Below are positions 23,719 to 35,433 of a DNA stretch of 64,000 nt, in pieces (positions within the stretch are counted from its first letter, which is position 1; the number at the start of each line of letters is the position of its first letter). Below the pieces are notes generated by a model. The model worked only from the letters and a program-made list of their open reading frames with translations, ran no database searches and was not told where the DNA came from. The stretch spans positions 8,556,001-8,620,000 of the forward strand of contig NW_024704749.1 in NCBI RefSeq assembly GCF_018977255.1, in the 5' to 3' direction. A program made the position numbers and the translations under genes. This stretch comes from Callorhinchus milii. Lineage: Eukaryota.

Positions 23719-25275
23719 TGGCTGGCTGGCTGGCTGCTGGCCGCCATGGCACACGTGCGACTTAACCAAACTTTTACTTGAAAACTGTAACCTTTACAGC
23801 AGTGCAAAACACCTGTGCCATCATCTTCACTGTTTACAGGAATTCAGGGCTCTTCTTCCAAAGCTATTCCTTGATAGTGAAGCACTGGTGAAAATAGTGT
23901 CTGGGATTCCCTGTACGTGGTCGCAAACTCAAGTTCTGATTGATTGATGGATGGATGAATGGACGGCGGTTGAAGGCCAGGAACTTTGGACTATTTTTTT
24001 TTTCTCCTATGAAAGGATTTTTGCAAATTTTTGGCACGTGGGGGATGGCTGCACCGGGTCCTGTAGGCAACAGCACTAACGTGACGAGATTGTCTTGCAT
24101 CGTTGCGTTTTTAAAAAAAAAAAAAAAAAAAAAAAATTTGCTTGCGACCTTATTGGAAATGTACTCCCTGGTTTATATTCTCTGGCTCCATAGGTTACCT
24201 AACCACACTGGCTCACACAGAGCCAGTTCCCATTCCGTGCTCACTCGTCACTGGGGTCCTGCAAACTGGGATGTAAATTTTTCTAATCCAAAAAAAAACT
24301 TCAAAAATCCTCCTATTTAAAAAAAAATTAACGGAAAGTTTATAAAGGGGGAAACGGCAGGGCAGGGGTTAATTACTTTATACAGAACCTTGTTTTTGAA
24401 TATGCTGAGATGCTTTTCCTTATCTGCAGTGTATAATTTCTGGGTATCTGCAAATCGTATGTCCTGTATTTCAGTGTTTTCATGGCACAATCTTAAATTA
24501 TCTGGTGATTTTATATTAAAATTCTGACAACCACTTTCACAGCTCCATCATATTGAATCACTTTCATTTAGTACTGGTCACTTATTGTCTTACCGAGTGC
24601 AATTTTTATGTGATGCTCTCTGCGGTTCGGGCGAAGTGTTTCAACGGAGCGATCGGGACGCAGTTTTTAAACAAAACTATTGCAACCGGCTGGACTGAAT
24701 ATTAGCAGTGATTGTGCTCGAGGATGTATGGAGAAATGTGCGAAAACTTAAACCGACCGGTTGCTCGCAAAAGTATCAAAGTTACGAATTCCAAGTTTTT
24801 TTAATTTTAAAGAAAAACTTGTACATTTTTTTTCTTACAATTAACAGCACTTTGGTTGCAAGTTTCACTTCTGTTTATATTAAAAAAAATTGCTTGGTCG
24901 ATGTGTGTGTAAAAAAAAAAAATGTCTGACGGGGAAAACTCCAGAATACTGCACTATGTGCGGGTTCCTCAGAAGTGCTGTTCACAAGGATTTCAGTGCT
25001 GTTGGGGGGGGATATTTAACAAGAGCTTTAGATATTTAGTTAGTAAGATTTGTACTGTACAAATGTGTATAGTCACATCTATGATATGAACAGTTTGTTT
25101 TTGACTTATAAATAGTTTGTGAACTTTGTTTCTCGGAGTGAAGGGAGTTTGTCATTTCCTCCTCGTACGGGTTGCACTACTGAAGACGCTGAATAGTTTG
25201 GAAACTGTATATTTAAAATTTAGAGACGTCAGATGGATAAGCTACTGCGAGATGGAGCTCTTGTAGCGGACTCTT

Positions 25276-25281
25276 AATAAA
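25276..25281 (+). terminator. Probable SBNO1 polyadenylation signal (3' UTR ~1.6 kb or more)
   Basis: AATAAA downstream of the stop at 23718 after an AT-rich UTR-like stretch. Confidence 0.5.
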
Positions 25282-25922
25282 TCTTATTGTACTAATGCAA
25301 ACTAGTGTTGCAGAGTCTTTCTAGGCCAGTGAGTGGTAATGACACAATTGGCTCAGCAGTGCTGTGCACTATTGCTTCAAACTCAGCGCAGCAATTGCTG
25401 TATTGTCCGTCAGTATGTGTGTGTCTGTGCACGCGTGAGTGTGTGTGTGAGAGATCTGCTGGCCGTTCGTATTGTGTTTATAGTTGTAATTCTCATTCAT
25501 TCAACCTCTGGATATCAAATATCTTGTTTTGTACCGATGATATGAAAGGAGCCACGTAAATGTGAATTGTTAAATAATCTCTCCCTGCTTAGCCTCAAAC
25601 GTGTCAGGGTGCCCCCAACCGCCCTCCTGTTTATTCAATGAGAACCACATCTGTTAATTTTTTTTAAAAAAAATACTATATCAGCTTGAAGAACCTCCTT
25701 GGCTGGTGGTGGTCTGAGTTTCACTGTCTGCGTCCTGCGAGCCTGGTTTACGAATGAGCAATGTTCTCAACATTAATGGGGGTTGCATTTTCATATACAG
25801 TAATAATTTTTTTAAAAAAGAGCAACCCTACCTGGGGGTATGTGGGGGTGGGGGGGGGGGAATATAAAGTTTCACTCAAAAGTTTTATATCCCAGATCAG
25901 GGGACCTGTAATCAATTGTCTG

Positions 25923-26155
25923 GTGTGTGTGTGTATATATATAGTGTGTATATGTGTATGTATATATAGATGTATATAGTGTGTATAAGTGTATATATAG
26001 TTGTATATATAGATGTATATAGTGTGTATAGATGTATAGTGTGTATGTATATATATATATAGTGTGTATATGTGTGTATAGCGTGTTTATGTGTATATAT
26101 AGTGTATGTGTATATATGTATTGTGTGTGTATAGTGTGTATATGTAGTGTGGGTG
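25923..26155. repeat. (TA/TG) low-complexity repeat
   Basis: Degenerate gtgtatatatagt repeats. Confidence 0.85.
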
Positions 26156-26243
26156 TAAATTACTTACACACACACACATACACACCGATTGCATATTTTG
26201 GCGCGCACACTGCAAAGTAAAGGGGAACAGCGCATCAATGAAT

Positions 26244-26520
26244 GGGGGGTGGGGGGGGGGGTGGGAGGTGTGTGTGGGGGAGAGGGGGGGGGAGGTGTGT
26301 GTGGGGGAGAGGGGGGGGGGAGGTGTGTGTGGGGGAGAGGGGGGGGAGGTGTGTGTGGGGGAGAGGGGGGGGGAGGTGTGTGTGGGGGAGAGGGGGGGGG
26401 AGGTGTGTGTGGGGGAGAGGGGGGGGGAGGTGTGTGTGGGGGGGAGGGGGGGGAGGTGTGTGTGTGTGGGGGGGGAGAAGGGGGAGGTGTGTGGGGGAGG
26501 TGTGTGTGTGTGTGGAGGAG
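26244..26520 (+). repeat. G-rich minisatellite, ~24-25 bp unit GGGGGGGAGGTGTGTGTGGGGGAGA
   Basis: About 9-10 tandem copies visible. The Gly/Pro/His ORFs here are artefacts of the repeat. Confidence 0.9.
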
Positions 26521-26654
26521 AGGGCTTCCCCCCAAAAAAAAAACTTTCCCAAGAACTTTGTGGCGGGAGAGGAGAGGAGAGGAGGTTAGTGGGGGAGAGA
26601 GAGTTCAACAAAAATAGTTAATGGATTGATTGATTGATTAAGAACAGAGGAGTG

Positions 26655-26767
26655 TGAGCGCGAGTCGCCGCCGCCGCCGGAAGTCCCGCCGGAAGTTCTC
26701 GCCGCTCTGACCCCTCCCGCCCCCGCGGTGCATTGTGGGTGTCGGTGTCTGGCGGCCATGTTTGCCG
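26655..26767 (+). promoter_or_regulatory. CDK2AP1: CDK2AP1 upstream promoter and alternative first exon
   Basis: CpG-rich, tandem ETS/GABPA sites CCGGAAGT x2 (~26677-26696), GC box, then gcggccATGTTTGCCG|GTGAGA. Confidence 0.6.
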
Positions 26768-26844
26768 GTGAGAGCTGTAAACAAAGTGTCCGGGCGCTTG
26801 GCGGCAGCTTCCTGTCCTGAAGAGGGGAAGAAGGGATAAATATC

Positions 26845-27490
26845 ATTCTCTTTTTTTCTCTCTCACTCTCTCTCTTTCTTCCCTTCCCCCCCTCCCCCTC
26901 ACTCCTCTCTCTCTCTCCCCCCCCCCCACACCACTCTCTCCTTCCTCTCTCTCCCTTCCGCTCTCCTCTCCTCCCTCTCCCCTCTCTCTCCCCCCCTCCT
27001 CTCTCTCCCCCTCCCTCTCCCCCCCTCCCCCTCCCTCTCCCCCCTCCCCTCCCTCTCCCCTCACTCCTCTCTCTCTCCCTCCCACCACTCTCTCCTTCCT
27101 CTCTCTCCCTTCCGCTCTCCTCTCTCTCCTCTCTCTCCCTCCCCCCTCCCTCTCCCCCTCTCTCTCCCCTCACTCCTCTCTCTCCCCTCACTCCTCTCTC
27201 TCTCTCCCCGCCCCCCCCACCACTCTCTCCCTCCTCTCTCTCCCCGCCCCTCCCCCCACCACTCTCTCCCTCCTCTCTCTCCCCGCCCCCCCCACCACTC
27301 TCTCCCTCCTCTCTCTCCCCGCCCCCCCCACCACTCTCTCCCTCCTCTCTCTCCCCGCCCCCCCCACCACTCTCTCCCTCCTCTCTCTCTCCCCGCCCCC
27401 CCACCCACCACTCTCTCCCTCCTCTCTCTCCCTTCCGCTCTCCTCTTCTCCCTCTCCTCTCCCTCCCTCTCTCCCCCTCCCCCCCATCCC
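26845..27490 (+). repeat. Polypyrimidine C/T-rich tandem repeat, ~33-bp unit ccccgcccccccaccactctctccctcctctctct
   Basis: Almost pure pyrimidine tract with internal tandem units. Confidence 0.9.
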
Positions 27491-27529
27491 CTCTGCCCTG
27501 CCTGTGTGTCCTGCCCCCTGTGTCCTGCC

Positions 27530-30500
27530 ATGTCTCTGGGGATGTCCTACAAACCTCACCTGGTGCCTGGTGCCTCGGTGCTCTCCCTGAGCCAAGGTGA
27601 GCAACCAACACTCTTCCTCTGTGTGTGTGTGTCTCTCTCTCTGTCTGTGTGGGGTTTTAAGTTCCTGGGGAAAGGGAGTCTGTGGGAGTTTTTGTTGTGT
27701 GTGTGGTGGGGGGAGGGGGGCAGGTGATGAGTGGGGGAAAGAGGGAGATAACGTGGAGATTCTGGCCAGGGTTAGATGGAGGCAGGGCAAGAGGGTCAGG
27801 GGTTGATAGCAATTAGCTGTAGAGTGTTCACTGGGGTCTCTCTGGCTCTGTGTGTGTGTGAATGGCTTGATATTGGTGCTGAGAGCAGAGGTTTGCCTGG
27901 TATTTGGCAGCCTTTCTCTCTCTCTCTTTCTCTCTCTCCATCCATTCACTGCTGGAGGTTAATGAGGACTGGGAGCTTCCTTCTCTTTTGTTGGTGGAAG
28001 AGAAGGAAAGAAGGGAGGGAGGATGAAGGTGGATCAATGATGCAGACTAGCGTCTGTTGGTGGGAATATCTGCTCTATTCCCAGAGCAGAGCAAGGAAAA
28101 AAAAGCCACTGGTGGATGGAGGAAACGGATGGGTGATTTATTTAACTACTGTACATATATATGTATTTTTTTAAAGATTTATATTTTAAGTCATTTTTAT
28201 ATATATATTTATATTATACTTTGTTTTTTAAATACAAGTTTTTAACAGTGAGTGCTTTAAAAACTTTAGAGAAAGTTCTTTTTGGAGAAAGAAAAGTTCT
28301 TTTTATGGATTAAAGTCACCTTAGCCAGTGCTGGTGGGTGTGTCTACCCCCTTACTGAGGCCACGCCACCTGGCTATACCTTCTATCATGCCCTTCGACC
28401 CAACCGTCATGGTGGTGGTGTGGCCCTCATCTCCAGGTCCTCCTTACTCCTCTGGATCCTTCTCCTCATTTGAGCACCTCACTCACCATCACCCCTCCAA
28501 TATCTGCTTAAAAATCCTCGTCATCTATCATCCTCCTCACCTATCGTCCCCCCAAACCCTCATCCACTTTCCGCTCTGATATCTGCACCTTCTTGTCTTC
28601 CCTCATCTGTTCTGAACGCCTCATCATCTTCAGTGATTTTAACCTCCACTTCACCCCTTCCTGCTCCACATCTGCTGACTTCTCTCTACTCTCCTCTCAC
28701 AACCTCTCCCTCCACATCAACTCCGCCACTCACATCCATGGTCGCCCGCTAGACCTGGTGATCACCCGGCGCCTTACCATTTCTGATGTCACCATCACTG
28801 ACAGACATTTCAGTTCACTATTTAATCTCTCTTAACTCCTCCATCCACCTCCCTGCCATCCACTCTACGTGTATCTCCTATCGCCTCCCTCAAATCTCAG
28901 GTGCGCTTTGCCGAACGTACTTGGCCCAAATCCAAATTAACGGTTCAACATCAGATCTGGCTGGACTTCACCAAGACCTACTGCTCTGCCCTCGCCTCAG
29001 CTAAGTCATCCTTTTATTTCCCAATTCATCTTGGAAGCTAAGGAACCCAGACTCCTCTTTTCTACATAAACCAACTCCTCTCTCCACCCTCCCACACTTC
29101 TGCCATTCTTTCCTCCAACACCAAGTGCGAGGAGATGATGGATTTCTTCGAGTACAAAGTCAAGGGGATCCACTCTGCCACCTCTAGTCCCTCTACCTGA
29201 ACCCCGTCCCCACCCCCCCGCTCGCCTTCCAGCCCTCCCAACCCTCCTACCACACTTTTGACCCTGTCTCCCCCTCTTTGCTCACCTCCATCATTTCCTG
29301 TATGAAACTCACCACCTGCTTTCTTGACCCCGTCCCTATTCCTCTCCTCGCCTCCCATCTCCACCTCCTTGCTCCCCCTACTAACCTCTCCCTGTCCACT
29401 GGAACCGTACCCATCCCCCTAAAGACAGCCGTCATCACCTACCTCAAAAAACCTTCCCTTGACCTATCTCTGCTCTCCACCTACAGCCCCATTTCAAACC
29501 TTCCTTTTCTATTAAAGGTCGTGGAACGAGTCACGTTTCGCTCTTCCTCTCCCAGCGTTCTCTCCGTAAACCCCCTTCAATCTGGGTTTTGTGCTGCTCA
29601 CAGCACAGAGACAGCCCCGGTCAAAGTGACAAATGACAGTCTGTCCACCTGCGACCAGGGCTCTCTCTGTCTCCTCGTCCTTCTCGGCCACTTTCGATAC
29701 TGTTGACCACTCTTCTTCTCCACCTCATTGGTTCTGTTCTTGCCTGGTTCCAATCCTACCATTCCCACTGTGCACTTTGTGGCCACCAACGGCTTCTCCT
29801 CTAACCCCCACACAATCATGTGGCGTCCCTCAGGACTCTGTCCTTGGTCCCTTCCTCTTCGATGTATACATGCTCCCACCTCTACCCTCAACTCCAGGAC
29901 CTTTGATATCCTGGCTAATTGCCTGCCTGACATCAAGTCCTGGACGAGAGCCAACTTCCTCCAGCTCAATGTTGGCAAGACAGAGGCCCGTTTGCTAGGC
30001 TCCCGGCAGCACCTCCTCACCTCAGCCGCCAACATTATCACCATTCATGGCTGCACTCTTCACCTCACCAAGCCAATCCGAAATCTTGGTCTCCTTTTCG
30101 ACCCTCAGTTATCCTTCAAACCCCACATTTGTGCCGTGCGTGACCCGTTCCGCCTTTCCACAACTCCGCAAAATTGCCCGCCTCCCCCACTGCCTCTCAC
30201 CACGGGCTGCCGGCACCCTGATCCACACTTTCATTAAGTCCTGGCTTGACTATGCCAACTGCCTGTTCGCTGGTCTACCTAGCTCCTCCCTCCACAAACT
30301 GCAGATTATTCAGACCTTTGCAGCTTGTGTCCTCTCTTGCGCCTGGTTCCGGGAACCTATCACCCCCCTTCTTGCCCGGCTTCACTAACTCCCCTATCCT
30401 CAGAGAATCGAGTTCAAAACCCTTGTCCTTACCTCCAAGGCCCTCCACGGACTTGCTCCCCCCTACCTCCCCGACCTCATAACCCCATATTAGCCTCTCC

Positions 30501-33500
30501 GCTCGGCGGACACCGGCCTGCTTCAGGTCCCCGCACTTCCCGCCCCACGAATGGCGGTTCGGCATCTCTGCCCCCACGCTCTGGAACTCTATTCCGCAAT
30601 CCCTCTGCCTCATCCCCTCTCTTGCCTTCAAGTCCCATCTGAAGAGCTTTCTCTTTGAACGTGCCTTCGGCTGCCCTCCCACCTCCACCCCTCTTGCTCT
30701 TCTGACCCCAACTCCCAGCTGGCGTCCAAGACCCCCGATTGTCCAGCGCCTTGGGGCATCTTTCCGATGTGAAGGGCGCTATACAAGTGCAATTTGTTTT
30801 GTGTTTAGAGGAAGGAATAAACTTGTGACATTTACCATTTGTGTATTTTATACTTTGATGCAACACTGAATGTTCAGCTGCAGTAGTTGGATTAAATGGT
30901 TACAGTTTTAATCTGAGATGTGTATTGATTGCTCCAGGCTGGGGTAAAAACATTTAAAAATATATATATATGTATATCTACTAACTGCCCCGGTGTAGCG
31001 ACGCTTGCAACCAGTTTCATTTAATTGGTGTTCTCTCTTTCTTCTGGCATTTTTATTTGTCTTTGAAAGGCTTGATCTTCGCTTCTTAGGCATCTTTATT
31101 GCTTAAGATTAAGAAAATGTGCTATTGAACTTGTTGACATCCCTTATTTGCACACATTCTTTTGGGAGGACTCCTGACACACAGACAGACATTTTGTCTT
31201 TATTAGTATAGAAGATATATCTCTCTAGAAGGGTGTGTGACTTCTGTCAGTACTTTGTTGCAGAATACCATGCATACCTTTTGGGGGGCTTAATTAAAGC
31301 ATCGTTTAATATATTTTTCAATATATCTCATCAACGATAGCAGATCCCAAAAAAAACAATATGCCCATGACGCTCCTCCATGCAAGATCTTTCCGATGAG
31401 GTATAAATCATGTCTCTACGTCAATTGGGTATTGCGCTCTTGGTGGACAGATAGACATTTTGTCTTTATTAGTATATAAGATAGAAGATGGATGCATCGC
31501 TCTAGAAGGGTGTGTGACCTCTGTCGCTACTTTATCGCGGAATACCATGCACAACTACTTTGTTGCAGAATATCATGCATACCTGAGGCCTCCCACTGAC
31601 GCCTCCCATTTGAGGCACATTTGTTTAATCTTAAGGGATAAAGATGCCCAAGAAGCGAAAATCAAGCCTTTCAAGGACAACTAAAAATGCCAGACGAAAG
31701 CGAGAAGGCCGATTAAATGAAACTGAAGAACAAAGAACAGGACGGTTGTATTTCGACGCAGAAAGGCATGCTAGAACACGGCAAAATGAACTGCCCGCTC
31801 AAAGGACAGCATGGCCGGGCTTTAATCCTGAAAGGACGGCAAGCGAACCGCAAAACGAGTTTCCCCCTCAAACACCAGTTGGGCTAGACTTGGATGCAGG
31901 AAGGCATGCAAGACACAGCAAAATAAATTGTCCGCTCAAAGAACAGCACGGTTGGACTTGAATGCTGAAAGGCCTGCAAGTATGGGACTTTGCTTAAGGT
32001 GTACACACAGTGTTTATGGCGTGTTAAATGGTTTGTGAGTGGTATCACTGAAATCAACATTCCATATGGGATCCTTTGCTTGCGAGCGTAACTGCAATGG
32101 CTACAGCTAGTGTGTGTGTGTGTGTGTATATAATATATATATATACACACATATATATTAAAAACAACCCCCCCCCTGCTTGTTATCAGGATTTGTTTTA
32201 ATAAAGTATATTTAAGGGTTGGACAAATTTGATATTTTTTAATGTGTGAGACAAAAAACCTTAATCAGTGGCTGATCTCACATTCACAGTTATGTCGAGA
32301 GAATCTTTCATTCACTCCTTCCTTCAAAGACACAGAAAGAGAGGGACAGACACATATATACACACACTAACAGAGACAGAGATAAAGAGTAAACTTGAGC
32401 TGCAGTTTTTGTGCAGCCTCTTTTTTTCTCTTTTAATTTTACATTTGATCCAGGAGAATAAAGGGGGGAAAGTAACTCTGACTAATTTGTTCTTAATTTT
32501 TTTTACAATTATTATTGTTAATGGGATTTAGTGTATTTAGAAACGCTGTATTTTTCGCATTTCACACTGTGTGAGGATGAGGCAGACAAGCGGGTGGGTG
32601 GGTGGGTGAGGCGACTAGTGTCTGTGTAAGGCAATAACAAGTCTGTCTGCCTGATAATCTCCGGTCAAAAAACAAACCCAAAATGTGCACAAATGCAGCG
32701 GAGGATTGGCTCGATTTCACTCACCGTAAGTTCAATCTTCAGCAGAGGCCAGGGAATAAATAAATACATGTAAATGTCATTGTATTTTAAAGACTAAAAC
32801 CTTGGTTTTCCTTTTTCAGCAGAATGTGTAAATGTGTGTGTGTGTGTTGCAGTGCTGTGTGATGTGCTGTAAAAGGTTTTTCTCTCTCCTCCAGGGAGAC
32901 AGATACAGGGATGCTCAGGTGCTGACCAGGCGCTAACACATTGTTATCAGATATGGATGTAAAAGGTTCAGAGATGTTTTGGATCGGGAATCTGTGGCTC
33001 TGTTCTGTGTGCGAGGCTCGTGCATTGCTCTGCTAAGCAGGGCCTTGCTGGCTCTCTCATTCACACACACACACTGGTAGGGATGATGATAGGGATGAAA
33101 TTCCTGATGTCCCACAGCTGGAGGTTGTGGGTGACACAGCACTCGGGGGAGGGAACAGGGTCAGACACAGTATTAACCCCTGCGCAGGTAGAGACCCCGC
33201 CCCCCCCCCCCTGAATTAACTCTTTATTCTCCCACTTCAGTCAATTGGTTAAAGCTTGGATATCCAGCCCGGAGTTTGATTTTAATAATAATAATTCTTG
33301 CATACAGCGCCTCATCACGTCATTGAGACATCTCAAAGTGCTTCACAGGACATTGTGTATATTGTGGCCGTTTTAACTCAGGAGTGACCTTCAAAGGTCA
33401 TGTCAGCATAATGTGGTGTGTGTGTATGCGCGCACCTGTGTGCGTGCGTGTATGTGCTCGTGTGTATGTGTGAGCACTGGCTATGTCAGCCTGCCTCATT

Positions 33501-34791
33501 TAGTGGGAACCCTTTGGCCTCATCAGATCATGGCAGGTTCCAGCCCCACATGCTAATTCATACCAATGCTTCTCCCACAGTGGGAAGCCTTCCATCGCCT
33601 TCCGGCAGTATGGGCCCCTCGGTGCAGGCCTTCAGACCACTGTTCAACGACTATGGACCCCCATCTATGGGCTACCTACAGGTAATGTGGTCAGTCACTT
33701 GTTTAGGCAGCTCCTAACCCTGAGGCTGAGGACAGTGTGTGTGTGGTGGTGGTGGTGCCCTCAGTAAGAATGATCATGAGTGGTTTGATGAAAACCCTTC
33801 AATATCAGCCTTGGAGAATAACCACCTGACTATCCTCCAAGTACAGCATCAAGCTGTTTCTACAACAACAAATTACATTTTGTATAGCGCCTTTCGCATC
33901 GGGAGGATGTCCCAACAGACTAGTTGGGCAAAATGGTATGTTTCTGTTCTGTAACGTTCTTCGTAACTCCTAATGATGATGAGCACCTGTGACAAGCAGA
34001 TTACTTCTCTTTTGAGATTGCCCTGAAAATGACATTTGTGGGACGAAACATTGATATGTTTCCAGTGATATTTCCAAATATCGCCCGAAGCTAATTGGAT
34101 TCCTTAAGCCTTTTTTTAAAAATGGAAAATGTAACTGATTTAAATAACTTGACATGGTCCCTGCTAAGCGATGTGCAGGCTGTGTATGTGTATCATTGTA
34201 CTCCTGTAACTTCTCTCTCTCTCTCTCTCTCTCTCTCCACAATTCGGCATTGCGATCCAGGGTGTGAGCAGCAGTCAGGTGCCACAGAGCAAGTACGCAG
34301 AGCTACTCGCGATCATCGAAGAGCTGGGGAAGGATATCAGGCCAACGTACGCTGGGAGTAAAAGTGCCATGGAACGTCTGAAGAGAGGTGAGTTCTATTT
34401 ATGACGGTGCTGATTCTGTGGTCTGTGTTCAATCGTTAACGAAGTGAGGAATAGTTTAATGGATTGTGGGACATTGTGCTTAGAACATGCGGTGGAACCA
34501 TACACTGATGTATCCGAGCTTCAGCATCAATTAGTGGCTCTGTGGGTGGGTAACGGAGGGCTTCTGTGCCCTGTGGGAACAGATACAGTATAGATCACCG
34601 CCTTCACAACCACAACTATTCTTTATTTCCGTGTATTGCGTTTGCAAACGATTTTTATTTGCTCACGTGAAAACTATTGCTGTGGGTTCTAAATTCATGC
34701 CTTTATTTTTTGTTCTTGCGTAGGAATTATTCACGCCCGGGGTCTGGTACGAGAATGCTTGGCTGAAACTGAACGCAATGCAAGATCGTAA
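27530..34791 (+). CDS. CDK2AP1: Cyclin-dependent kinase 2-associated protein 1 (DOC-1, NuRD subunit), 120 aa
   Basis: Exons 27530-27596, 33581-33681, 34261-34387, 34724-34791 with canonical splice sites. Translation [10 protein letters not shown]...[75 protein letters not shown]. Syntenic position fits. Confidence 0.95.
28325..30800 (+). mobile_element. Decayed L2-clade LINE (endonuclease and reverse transcriptase remnants) in CDK2AP1 intron 1
   Basis: Frameshifted motifs: [39 protein letters not shown] (APE); [70 protein letters not shown] (RT and C-terminus). 3' tail gcgccttgggg...gatgtgaagggcgctatacaagtgcaatttg. Confidence 0.92.
30981..32110. mobile_element. Rearranged non-autonomous Helitron composite with STPR-like repeat ORF remnant
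   Basis: Helitron-like 5' ends (A|TCTTCTATACTAATAAAGACAAAATGTCTGTCTG) on minus at 31215 and ~31488. 3' ends TTAG|T on minus at 30981 and hairpin plus CTAG|T at 32107-32111. ORF 31644-31961 carries 23-aa repeats. Confidence 0.7.
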
Positions 34792-35427
34792 TGCTCTCAT
34801 GGTTTTGAGGTTACGACGGACTTGTGGGGTGGGGGAACGGCAAACTGTCAATCTTTTTCAAATGTTATTTCTGGAAAAAGAAATTTCTCTTCTTTTGCAA
34901 TGTGTTTCTGACCACACTGTTTTCTGTACGTTAGGCGTCATCATTTCTGCATTTGGACAAAAATGAGAGGTATCTGTAATGTGTGTTTTACCCTGAGAGA
35001 CCCTGAGGAAGAATTCAGCGGTCTACTTAACTCCTCATTCTCGCCTCGTTTCCTCGTGACAAAAGACTCATATTCCCAAAGGCCACGTTGTTTTGCCTCT
35101 CAAATAACAACTTGCATTTATATAGCGCCCTTCATGCCGGACGGCATCTCGGAGCGCTTAAAAGCATTTGGCTTTGCATGACAGAAAAAAATATGCCTTT
35201 CAGTTGAGTTTTAATATCACTGGGGGCTAGGCCCCGAGGTGTTGGTAGCAGCAATCGTATCACTGTTTGAAGGGAATAAAAAGTATTTTTGCACAGAGGG
35301 GAAACAGGAACTGTCCTGCCCCTTGGAAATCTCAACATGGTTTATTACTTGTGCAATTATAATTTACAGTTCAGCTACTGTACACAAGGTAAATGTGCAT
35401 CTTTGTATTGTATTTATTTCTCAATGT

Positions 35428-35433
35428 AATAAA
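35428..35433 (+). terminator. CDK2AP1 polyadenylation signal (another AATAAA at 35275-35280)
   Basis: AATAAA preceded by TGTA motifs and followed by a GT-rich tract. Confidence 0.65.

Noticed and set aside
26087-27949. Long Pro/His/Gly/Glu/Arg-rich ORFs up to 341 aa
   Set aside because: Translations of simple repeats, open in many frames on both strands.
28325-30800. Active or domesticated reverse transcriptase
   Set aside because: Many frameshifts, stops and deletions, and no YADD catalytic motif found.
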